In this document: positions 1 to 11,045 of the stretch, piece by piece
Layout: the number at the start of each line of letters is the position of its first letter
How positions within the stretch are numbered: position 1 is the stretch's first letter
Assembly: GCA_021613535.1 (NCBI GenBank)
Contig: CP075494.1
Location: 7,750,001-7,814,000 of the forward strand
Source: Adineta vaga
Lineage: Eukaryota; Animalia; Rotifera
Reading direction: 5' to 3'
Length of the DNA: 64,000 nucleotides
Notes under the pieces: model-generated
Databases searched by the model: none
What the model was told of the DNA's origin: nothing
What the model saw: the letters and a program-made list of their open reading frames with translations, nothing else
Made by a program: the position numbers and the translations under genes

Positions 1-660
1 CATAGAAAAATGATCAATCATTCAATTCTGAAGAATTTACTCGTTATCATTATTGACTAATTGTGCATGCAGATGAGTATCTGGCAATTCAAATAAATCT
101 TTTTCATGCTCATCCATGGACGGTGGGAGTGGAATTGATTCAACTAGAAGGAATATCTTTACAGAAAATAGAGCGACATAGATTTACACTTACTTTCTTC
201 ACCTCTCAATTGTTGAATTGCTAACATTTTCAAATAGTTTGTTCGTATTTTACTCTTTGCTTCTTTTGCTTTATTCGCAGCTACATCTCGTCGTTGTTTT
301 CGTTCAGCCTAGAAAATGTCATGATCATCATATTTTCAGATGAATATACTTCTTACCAATGTTCGTCGTTTTAATTCTGGTACTCCACCATCGAATATAA
401 AGATAGGTTTTATTTTAAAATGTAATAATTTACATATACGATGTAATAAGAGAAGTATATGTGGATTTTGTCGATCACGCATACCTTTTGTTGCTTGATG
501 AAGCCAAATACTGATATCTTTTGAAAGAGAATGATTGCAAAATCAGTTTATATTGTGGATGTATCTTACCAATAGCTAGAACTTTTCCTTCTAAACCTTT
601 ATTCATATTTACCGGTCGACCGGTTGATTCAATTAATTGCCAAAAATTTTGAACTCCCAT
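1..660 (-). CDS. ERCC5: XPG/Rad2-family DNA repair endonuclease, 5' exons only (gene runs off the left edge)
   Basis: Spliced translation [30 protein letters not shown]|[15 protein letters not shown]...[28 protein letters not shown] is the XPG N-terminal nuclease motif set. The first intron is 518-569 (GT-AG). Confidence 0.9.
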
Positions 661-886
661 TCTACTTCTATAAAATCAAGAAAAAATTTCGTTTGTTTTT
701 TTCATTGGAAAAAGAAAAGAAGATTACATAGACGCAAAAAATTGTCGTTTATCTTTTCTCATACAAAGAATGAAAAAAAAATGAAATAGAAATACAATCA
801 ATTGAAGAAAGATTTATTTATACAATTGAAGAAAATTGAACAAATACTATCTATTTATAGTATAAATTTTTTTATTTTTGGCAAAA

Positions 887-2488
887 TTAACTCAATTGAA
901 GTTTAAATACACAATTTATATTTTGTTCGTCTTGTTCCGTTTTACCGATCGAACATAATTGCAAACAATCAACTGTTTGTTTTCCAAATGATTTCTCGTC
1001 GAATTCATTTCGATATATTGATGGAATTTTTCGTTTACATTTTAATAATGTGATATGAGGTATGAAATCATAATAATTACCAGCAAAAAATACATTTGTC
1101 AATTTTTGCTTTTGTTGTTGTTCGGAAAAACGTTCGACAATTAATGTACGTAAATGTTCTAAACGTTGATTAGTTTTACATTTAATATATAGAACCCGAT
1201 CATAGAATGTATCAATACCAGTAAATTCTAAACACATCGGTTCCGGATAGGAACAATGATAACGTATTTCTTCCTGTAGTTGTTTTAATACCGCACTACA
1301 TTGCTCAATCTGAGATGAAGATTCCACGTAAAAACGTTAGAATTGTCATATGAAGATGAATATTATCAGGAGAATTTGTACGAGCAGAGAAATATGAAGG
1401 ATAAGTCGAAAGTAAATGATCACGATATGAAATATAATGAGCAAGAATCATTGAATCTGTAATAGGTATTGAAAGATAATAATTTGGTTTGTATGTTCCA
1501 TCAGTTAAAGTTAAATATCGTGGTAAAGGAAAGGAAACTTCTCCATTTTCTACTGTATCATCATTAGGAGTTCTAATCAATAAAAGATATAAAAACAATC
1601 ATGAAAATAGTATTGAGAAACTCACAAAATAGCATGATTACTTTCCATTAAATTATCATGTCGTTCTATCACATCATAGATTGTTTCTTGACTGCCTGTT
1701 GAACCAAACATAAGATCCGTTCGAGTTTCTTTATCCCAGATAATTTCATTATTGTATTTAAAATATTGTATACGATGTTTTGGTATAGCAAGAATAGTCG
1801 AATGACGATCACTTACTGTTGATAGATCGACTTTAAAATCAAAATCATTAAATGCTTTTTCTTGTAAACCAAGAAAACGATCGATATAACCAACACGAAA
1901 ATAACGTTTATCAAGACGAACATCCCATTCAATCCGAGAAATGACATCTTCAGCTGTTTTCATTGAACTTTTCTTATTCGTTTCGGTCGAATTTTGTGTC
2001 GTTATTGGTGCAGTTGTTGATGCCGAATGAGTGGGAGAACGTGGGGTAGAAGGATTGTTATTATTAGTTGCACTGGTTTCAAGTGTTTGAATATTATTTT
2101 CTGCAAACCATTGTAATAAACGAGAATAGATAGAAAGTACCATGGGATGATTGAGTAATGTTTTGCTATACGATTGAAGAAGTTGTTGAACAAGTGAAAC
2201 TTGATCAGGAGTTAATCGAGGTGCAGTAATGATAATTTCTGGGATTTTTGATGGATATGATTCTATAAAGAAAGATTTATATCATCAAGTGTTGTTTCCC
2301 ATGTAAAACTTACCATCGAGCTGTAAAGTTAATGAAACATCATATTGATCGGCTCGAATTTTAAGAATGTAAGAAAATTGTCCAATTGACGAGAGAATAC
2401 GAATTTTTTCTTTGAAATGATCACTTAATGAACTTATCTCATCTTTTTGACAGTCACTAGTGGATTTGTTATCATTAGAACTGGCCAT
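887..2488 (-). CDS. LENG9-like protein: RWD domain + MJ1316 domain + AKAP7-type 2H phosphoesterase; carries a +1 frameshift at 1330-1334
   Basis: The N-terminus is RWD-like (QKDEISSL...SYPSKIPEI...PMVLSIYSRL). The middle matches MJ1316/DUF504 (MKTAEDVISRIEWD...VGYIDRF...IPKHRIQYFKY...WDKETRTD). The C-terminus is a 2H domain with HMT and HIT motifs. There are two GT-AG coding introns and a frame change in a 5-T run with no usable intron. Confidence 0.8.
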
Positions 2489-2764
2489 TCAATTATTTCT
2501 ATGGGAAAAAAAGTACCACTTGCGTAATGAAAAAAAAACAAAAGTTTACCTGTCGACGAAAAATCAAGGAAATACTTAAATTGAATGAACTATATATTAA
2601 ACATCAATAAATAGAGAAGAATTTCTCTTTTTTCTCTACAATCACAATTTATATATATATTATTAGGAATAAGTTACAATGATGAGATGATAGACAAAAT
2701 TGTGACATCAGAATACTGCAATTTGATTGGTTGAAAATTGCTCCAGTCTATGTAAGGTCGGGAT

Positions 2765-3070
2765 GTAAGTTAGAATATAATTCGTTAGAGAATTCTATGG
2801 ATAGAATATCCTTCGACGGTCTTCGTAGAAGAAAAAACGCCAATCGAAAATCAAAGGAAAACCTTCATCGTGATGAATTTCTCTTACGAAATGATTTGCT
2901 TGAGTGTGTTATATTCTCTAATTTGACCATGGTGGTGGCGAAGAGAATAGAATCATATAATCTCGACCAGACAAGATGAAGCAGCATCTTCTATTTTAAT
3001 TTTGTTTTTATTTATCGTTTTGATCTTGTTTTATGTGAAAAAAATTCGTTTTTCATTCTTTTTTTGATAG
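2765..3070 (+). other. Probable long 5'UTR intron (or outron) of RPL10 containing a structured element
   Basis: GTAAGT donor at 2765 (alternative GTAAGG at 2752). A long pyrimidine tract ends in an AG at 3069-3070, 16 nt before the RPL10 ATG. The span is about five times the usual intron length here. Confidence 0.55.
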
Positions 3071-3086
3071 ATTAATATCGGAAAAA

Positions 3087-3788
3087 ATGGGTCGACGACC
3101 TGCACGATGCTATCGTTATTGCAAGAACAAGCCATATGTAAGTAATCGAACGAAAACTCCAAGAAATTTACTCTTTGGTTTTTCTTACTAGCCAAAATCA
3201 CGGTTTTGTCGCGGTGTTCCCGATCCTAAAATTCGTATCTTTGATTTGGGACGAAAGAGAGCACGTGTTGATGAATTTCCCTTATGTGTTCATCTTGTTT
3301 CCGATGAATATGAACAACTCTCAAGTGAAGCACTCGAAGCTGGACGTATTTGTGCCAATAAATATTTAGTTAAACATTGTGGAAAAGATGCATTTCACAT
3401 TCGAATGCGTGTTCATCCATTTCATGTTATTCGAATTAATAAAATGTTATCATGTGCCGGTGCTGATCGTTTACAAACTGGTATGCGTGGTGCTTTTGGT
3501 AAACCATTAGGAACTGTTGCTCGTGTTAATATTGGTCAAGTTATTATGTCGGCTCGTGTTAAAGATCAACATAAAGCTCAAACAGTCGAAGCTTTACGTC
3601 GTGCCAAATTCAAATTTCCAGGTCGACAAAAAATTTTCGTTTCAGACAAATGGGGTTTCACAAAATTCACACGTGAAGATTATGATAGTTTATTGCAAAA
3701 AGGACAATTACAATATGATGGTGCCAATGTGAAGTATTTACCTAATCATGGTCCACTTGATCATTGGAAAAAACGACAAGCCGTTTAG
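3087..3788 (+). CDS. RPL10: 60S ribosomal protein L10 (uL16/QM)
   Basis: [17 protein letters not shown]|[22 protein letters not shown]...[12 protein letters not shown]...[25 protein letters not shown]. One coding intron, 3138-3191. Confidence 0.99.
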
Positions 3789-3939
3789 AATAAATGGATT
3801 TTTTCATTCGAAAAAAAGTCTATACAGTTTTATGGAATAAGATCCGCATAAAAGAAACAAGAATAAAAGATAACAACCGTATAATTTATTTTATTATAAC
3901 AAGAAACTTTGCATGAAATACTATCTCTTATTAATAAAG

Positions 3940-5543
3940 TTACCAAAGTGTACAAGGTGTATCTTCATCACGACAAGATTGTTTAGAGGATCCAACTTCA
4001 CCAGTTATTGGTTTCATCAATGTTGTATAGATTGTTAACTATGTAGTGAGAGATTTTAGAAAAAAAAGATAGTTTAAAATATATGACAAAGATTTACTTT
4101 ATTCAACATCGGTCGTGATGAAAGAACATTGAATAATGATTTGAAAGTAACATCAGTCTTTCCTTGTATTTGCATACATTTATTTGCTGATGAAAATCGA
4201 TCATCTGATAGCAATGGTTGTCTCCAATGATCAGAATTTGTTTGAATAAGAAACCACTGATTATCTTCACCTAATCGTTTAATATGAAGAGATGTTCGAC
4301 GTGAACGTGAAATAATAGCACCCTATTAAATTTATACTAACAATTCTATACACATTTACATTCAATTCACATACTTCACCGGATTTCGTTCCAGCAAGGA
4401 TGTAATAGCATGGTGCAACAAGTGAAACATTGCTTAAATAATCAATAACTTCAGAATAATTCTTCGCATTTGTTAACATATCACGTATAGCTAAGGTAAC
4501 AAATGATTGCTGACGATCGAAATTATACAGCCATTCAATAACACCTATATAACCTCCGTTGAGATCAAAACGTGCATTTAATGATGCGCTAAATATTCCT
4601 GGTTTGATACCAGTTAATGTACCGATGAATCTATAAAAATAAAAGTAACTTCTAACGAATGGAAAAGATTAAAACATTAATTATACCCAGCAAAACTAAC
4701 TGTCCTAAAACAAAGTTGATTATGTCGCGTAAAGTTAATTGAAATAATCAGTGGACGTAATTTGAAAGGTAATGCCCATGTATTCTTAGTTTTATCCCAA
4801 CTAATAAAAAAGAAATGAGACGAAAATCATCATAATGTGTATTGAATATATTCACCCTAATAAATAACCAAAATCAAGATTTCTTCCATGAATAATATTT
4901 CTATTTTGATCTTGAGCAACAATTGACGTACATAACGATGATATTTCATAGAATATATTATAGAAGACGATTTCACCTATTCAGAAATGAATATTTATTT
5001 GTAATTCCGTCTTTATCTTTTTTTTACATACCTAGCGATATTCCACTCGCTTCACTTATACCTTTTAATTCATCACCATACGGTTCAGGTAATGTATTAG
5101 CAACCAATGGCTATACAAAGAATCATTACAATCGAAATAATATATAAAAATCTTGCTAATTTTTACTAGTTGTGTATGCATAATATCAAGAAGAAATGTA
5201 AATATTGGCCAAACATTGATAATATACGTTTTTGTATAATTTAATAGTTCTTTGATCTAGAAAATCGTTCGATGTTAGATACAGGCTTTACGAAGAAAAT
5301 AAAACTCTTTACTTCTGATTTGTATTTAGTAGCAATTTGTTTCCAGCGTAGAAAAGGAGGAGTATCTAAATTAACGATATAAGTCGGTATATCTAAATCG
5401 GATTTTGTAGGCCATGTATTAGTTAAACATTGTTGTGCAAACTTAACATAAACAAAGAAGTTTTTTACGTATAGTTTCATTGATTCACTTACATTTAATT
5501 TAATGATTAGAAAAATTCCAAAAGCAATACAAATTGTATTCAT
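3940..5543 (-). CDS. ASAH1: Acid ceramidase (Ntn-hydrolase, ASAH1-like), copy A
   Basis: Signal peptide, YIVNLDTPPFLRW, autocleavage site YEISSL-CTSIVAQD...[24 protein letters not shown]...DDR, and C-terminal PCTLW*. Multiple short introns. Confidence 0.93.
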
Positions 5544-5885
5544 TGTCAATTGTACATCAATACGAATAACTATTATAGAAAATTGGATGTATGCTGATCA
5601 TACCTGGAAGATAAATGATTGAAATAAAAACGAAGAGGATATGTATATTTGCATAGAAGAAAGTGAATACCTACAAGTTTTATTACGAATTTCTTTTTTT
5701 TTTCAAATGAGAAGGATGATGATTACTAGATCAATTCGTACTTATTATATTATTTTTATTTATCATTGAATTGAAAAATTAAAGAAAAAAATGTTCTCTT
5801 CGTAATCAACACCATCTACGATGAAGCGTTGGTTAACAATGATAGAATGATTAAAATAAAAAAGGAATAGAACATATAAATCCAT

Positions 5886-7472
5886 CTACCATGGTCGACA
5901 TGATTCCTCTTCATCTAGACATAATTGCCAATAAGCTTCGAAACGACCTGTTGCTGGTTCCATTAAAGACGTATAGACTGTTTCCTAAATATGATATCAA
6001 TCAAAACAAATTTTTCTATGCCAAATTATGATCGTACTTTATTTAACATTGGACGAGATGATAGTACGTTGAATAAAGATTCGAATGAAACTTCATTTTT
6101 GCCTTTTGTTTGCATACATTTGATACATGGTGTCAAACGATCATCAAAAAATGGTTGTTTTTTCCAATTATCATAATTTGTTTGTGCAACAAACCATAGA
6201 TTATCTTTTCCTAATGGTTTGATATCATCAGAACCATTACGTGAGCGAGTAATGATTACACCCTTAACAAATAGAATATGGTTTTCAACAAAAGTGAAGA
6301 AAGTTTTCTTACTTGACCAGGTTTTGGTCCAGCTACGATGTAGTAGCATGGTGCTAATAATGGAACTTCAGCTAAATATTTGACTGATTGATCATAACTT
6401 TCAGAATGTGTCAGCATATCACGAATCGCTAATGTAATGAATGATTGATTACGATTTATGTTATATATCCATTCAATCAAACCAATATATCCACCTTTGA
6501 CAGTATTACGTTCATTAATTGAAACACTGAATACACCTGGTTTAATACCAGTTAATGAACCAATGTAACTGAAAAGAAAATAATGGATAATAGACATGAG
6601 AGTATGAAGCTTCCCTTATACCCAAGAAAAGTTGTTGTTTTAAAGAGTACTTGACCATTTTGTGTAAAATTTATTTGAACCATTAATGGACGTAGTTTTT
6701 CAGTTAATGCCCAAGTATGATTTATTTTGTCCCAACTGAAATACACGAATAAAATATAGTATTTTTTCATCAAGAATTTGCATTCTTACCCCATGAATCC
6801 TCCAAAATCTAAATTTCGTCCATGAAAGATATTTCCATTTTCATCTTGTCCTACGACCGATGTACATAATGATGAAACTTCATAAAAGATATTGTATAGA
6901 ACAACTTCACCTAAGTATGCAACAATTCAATCATCATTCGATAACAAATTTATATTCTCATATTACCCAATGGTAATCCTGACGCTTGACTAATGCCTTT
7001 CATTTCATCACCATACGGTGCTGGTAATGTATCAGCCATAGCTGGCTATCATCATTGAAATGATATTCAAAGGCATAAATTGATCCAGTATGATATAATA
7101 CTCACCAATTTCGTATCAACAAGATCAATTAAATATTGAAGTTCAGGTGAAATTTCAACAAGAAATGTTTTCATATATGCCAGTAAATCTTTAAGCTAAA
7201 TAACACGTATAATCATCTAGTGAAATATAGAACTTACTTCAGTTTTGTATTTAGCAATTACATCTTTCCAACGTTCGATAGGTGGTGTATCCAGATTGAT
7301 AACATAGGTTGGTAAAGCTCGATCAGGCTTTGGTGGATATTGATTACTTAAACATTGTGCACTATTCTGAATTAAAATAACGTTAATTATCAATCAATTT
7401 TTGAAGAATTATACATACAATTGTAGGAATTAAGTAAATAACAAGAAATAAGATTGCAGATAGTAGTTTCAT
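5886..7472 (-). CDS. ASAH1: Acid ceramidase (ASAH1-like), copy B
   Basis: Signal peptide [45 protein letters not shown]...[15 protein letters not shown]...FFDDRLTP, and C-terminal SCRPW*. Intron positions match copy A. Confidence 0.94.
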
Positions 7473-7932
7473 TTCGGTAAAAAACAAGATAAGTGAAAGT
7501 GATATGTTTAAATTGACCCAAAAATAAGGTAAGATAAGAGAGAGAGAATACATACGCATTTGAAAAACAGAGATAATAAGAAAATTTCGTTCCATTTTAT
7601 CTTACCTCACGACTGAAATTATACATATCAGAGATGATAGGATGGATACATTCCTGCAACATTTATTTCTCACATTGATATATTTCAGTTTGTTGTCTTT
7701 CAATGATTGTTGAATAAAATACAAATACATCAGTTCATCATCGAACTACAGAATTAATTGATGAACAAAAGTTTCTATTCACAATTCTAAGTGTATTTCA
7801 TATGGATTATGAAACATATATTAATTCTTATGCTATAAATATATCTTCGAGCTAGTTTACTATTTATATACTTTATCAAGATTCTGTTTCGTTATCATTA
7901 ACATAAAAAACAAAAAAATATTTCACATTCTT

Positions 7933-9240
7933 TCAAGAATTTGAAGATGTTGTAACAGATATTGGAGATGATATGATTGGGTTTCGTTTTAGTTTAACAT
8001 TCGGTTGTTGTCGTTGTAACATTTCGGCGACGGCATGCTGAAAACCTGATTGATTCAAAAGAAACGCACTGATATGTCCACGAGGAATATATCGAATATG
8101 ACAACCTGGCCATATATCATTCATATGAGGAATACCATCGCGTAAGACATATCCATCATTCATACAAGCTATGAATAGAGCATTTGCTATATTCGATTCG
8201 ATGGGACGTGAATAATTGTGTAATGACGTAAATTCATCCATAAGTAATCGCATCATATCTTTAACAGGATCAACTGCAGTCAATTTAGAATCTGTTGTTG
8301 ATTTTTTTTGTGTACGTAAATATTCATAGAAGGTTTGATAGGCTTTATTTTCATAGAATTGTTGTTTCAATAGAGGCCATGGAATTGTTCGAGAAAGAAC
8401 ACCATCACAAAACACGGTTGAACTTGATGACCAAGATGCACAAGATAGAAGTGATAATGGACCAGACCAACTAAAATATGAATAAAGAAGAAGTCGTTTC
8501 TTTGTTATTTTTCACGAAAACTCATCAAGTCTTACTTAGTGAATGCTATTGATGCCATATGTCCACCGAGAGAATACCCATGTAAAATTGCTGGTGATAA
8601 TTTCATTTTCTGACACCAATGAAGTAATAATATCGTTTCTAATACAAGTGCTTTACCCATTACATATAAATCAGTAACGTAAGATAATGATGAACGTGAT
8701 TGATATGTCGGTTTTCGTAGACCATAATACGGATTTTCTAGAAGAAATGTACCGATACGATATTGATTGATCAATGGAATTGCAGTCAAAAGTCTACGTC
8801 GACCAAAACCATGATCACCTGTTCCAGCATAACAGATTCCGATCGGTAAAGAATCAATACCCAAACGATGGTCACGTGGTAAAACAAGTTGAAAATGAGC
8901 TGTCGCTGCTTCCGATGGAACCTATTCAGTAAAGCAATGAACATTTATCTCTTAATACTCTTCGTTTTTTCTCGTTTACCATATGTGGCAAATAAGTAGC
9001 GAGCGGTGAATGAAAACGTCCATTTATATATTGTCGATCACCTTTTGTTTCTTGTTTAATAATTTCTATGGTATTTTCTTTTACACTTTCTTCTGGTACA
9101 AGTTTTAAACATTCATCTCGAACTCCAATTTTGCCTCGACGAAAGGTAAAAATTTCTTGTAAATGTGATGGATTTCCCCAACCACGAACAAAGGATTGAG
9201 TTAAAATGAAACGTCGAAAAAGATTATCAAAATTCATCAT
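7933..9240 (-). CDS. ABHD18: Alpha/beta hydrolase ABHD18 (C4orf29/DUF2048)
   Basis: FVRGWGNP, AGTGDHGFGRRR, LLENPYYGLRKP, nucleophile elbow GYSLGGHMA, MDEFTSLHNY, IWPGCHIRYI, GHISA. Two introns. Confidence 0.93.
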
Positions 9241-9437
9241 TTCAATCGTACACGTCTTGTCATTACTATCTAGAGAATAAGTAATTGAAATTTTGCTTCT
9301 TGATTGAAAGAAAAATAACAATATCAACAAAAAACTGTTTCTTTTGTTATTTCAATAGTTTATAAACACACGCATACAAAAAAACTATTTCGTTCTTTTC
9401 ATTTTCCTAAAGCATTACGGACAATCAGAAACTCATT

Positions 9438-10646
9438 CTATTGAGCAGCACCCGATATGTTAAGTAACATTTGCGGACCATGGGGTAGATAGACGATGTT
9501 TCGTGAACGAGCTAATTGAATAGCAATATCTTCAGCTGCTTCAATTCTTCGAAGTTCAATTAGACCTAAATGAAAAGAAATAAAAAAATTTCGAATAATA
9601 AATGACGAAATATTTACCATCACCAGCTTCACCTAAAGCTTTACCAATCAGATCAGCAGCACGAGCATCACCTTCGGCAGCAATGACATTTGCTTGACGA
9701 CTTTGTTCAGCCTGGAAAGTGAAACAGAAAACAAGATTTCTGACAATTGTTTCTTTCTATTATTACTTTTTCGACTAAAAATCTTTGTTTTTCAGCATCT
9801 TGTTGTGCAACTTGTTTCAATTCAACAGCACTAGTAAATTCCGGTCCAAAACTTAAATGTGTCTACAAGAAAACAGAATGAAGTTTAGAAACGAAAAGTT
9901 TCTTCTTGTACATCTTACAATAGAAATATCATCAAGTAATAACCCAAATTGAGCTGCACGTTCAGTCAATAATTCACTAACACGTTGAGAAATAAGTGTT
10001 CGTTGAGTAATCAATTCGATTGCATCGAATTGTGCCTAGAAAAACAATTGGATGGAAATGATAAAACCATAAGTAATATTCTTCTACTTACAACAACAGA
10101 TTTGAGAACTTCATTTGTAATCGATGGTAAAACACGCTCTTCATAATCCATACCCAAGTTTGTAAAAATTTTCGGTAAAATTTCAGCTTTCGGTCGATAG
10201 AGAATACGTAAAGTAATATTAATTGTTTGTAAATCTAGAAGAGCAATATTTAGGTCAGATATATTTATTCATGTTCTTGATTACCCTTTGTTCCTGTAAC
10301 TGATGGAATTGAACGTGGTCGAGTACGAATATCGAAGATAATTGGTCGATGAAGCCATGGAACCATGAAATGAGTTCCTTCACCAATAACATCTGGTTTA
10401 ACACCTTTGAAACGATCAAAAATAACCGCTCGATGTCCACCATCGACTGAAAAACAAAACAAGAAAACTTATTTTCAATTCCTAACATTCAATTTAGTAC
10501 CATTAAATAACATTGAATTGACAATGCCACCGGCAACTGCTAATCCAATGCCAATTCTTCCTAAAATAAATTCAAACTTTTTCTTCTCTATTTTCAATAT
10601 TGTTCAATATATTACCAATATTATTGAATAAACGAGATGATGCCAT
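9438..10646 (-). CDS. PHB1: Prohibitin-1 (mitochondrial inner-membrane SPFH scaffold)
   Basis: [11 protein letters not shown]|[19 protein letters not shown]|[16 protein letters not shown]...[10 protein letters not shown]...[19 protein letters not shown]...[28 protein letters not shown]. Confidence 0.97.
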
Positions 10647-11045
10647 AATGATCTTGTTTGTTCCTTCTTTTTTTTTCTCTAAAAGATAGTAGAAATGAAT
10701 ATATCATAGAGTTAATATTCTTATTTCTTTCAATACGTTTTTGTTTATTAGCAAATACCTTCAAAGAAAAACAAAACAAAAAAGAAAACGAAAAGATACG
10801 AAAACGCATCACTAATTCATCTATCTAGCCACTACAAGAACAAAACCAAGGCAAGATATATGTTTGTGTATATACAAAGAAAAAAAAAAGCTTAAATAAC
10901 AATAAACTTGAAAGAAGAAAAAAGAAGAAGAAGAAAACATGCATACTCTAAACAAACCGAAACCCACTTGAAGTAAAGAGGAAGATGAAGAAGAAAAGTT
11001 CAACACAAATACGAGCACCGTTTTGAGAACATCAATCCATGAGTT

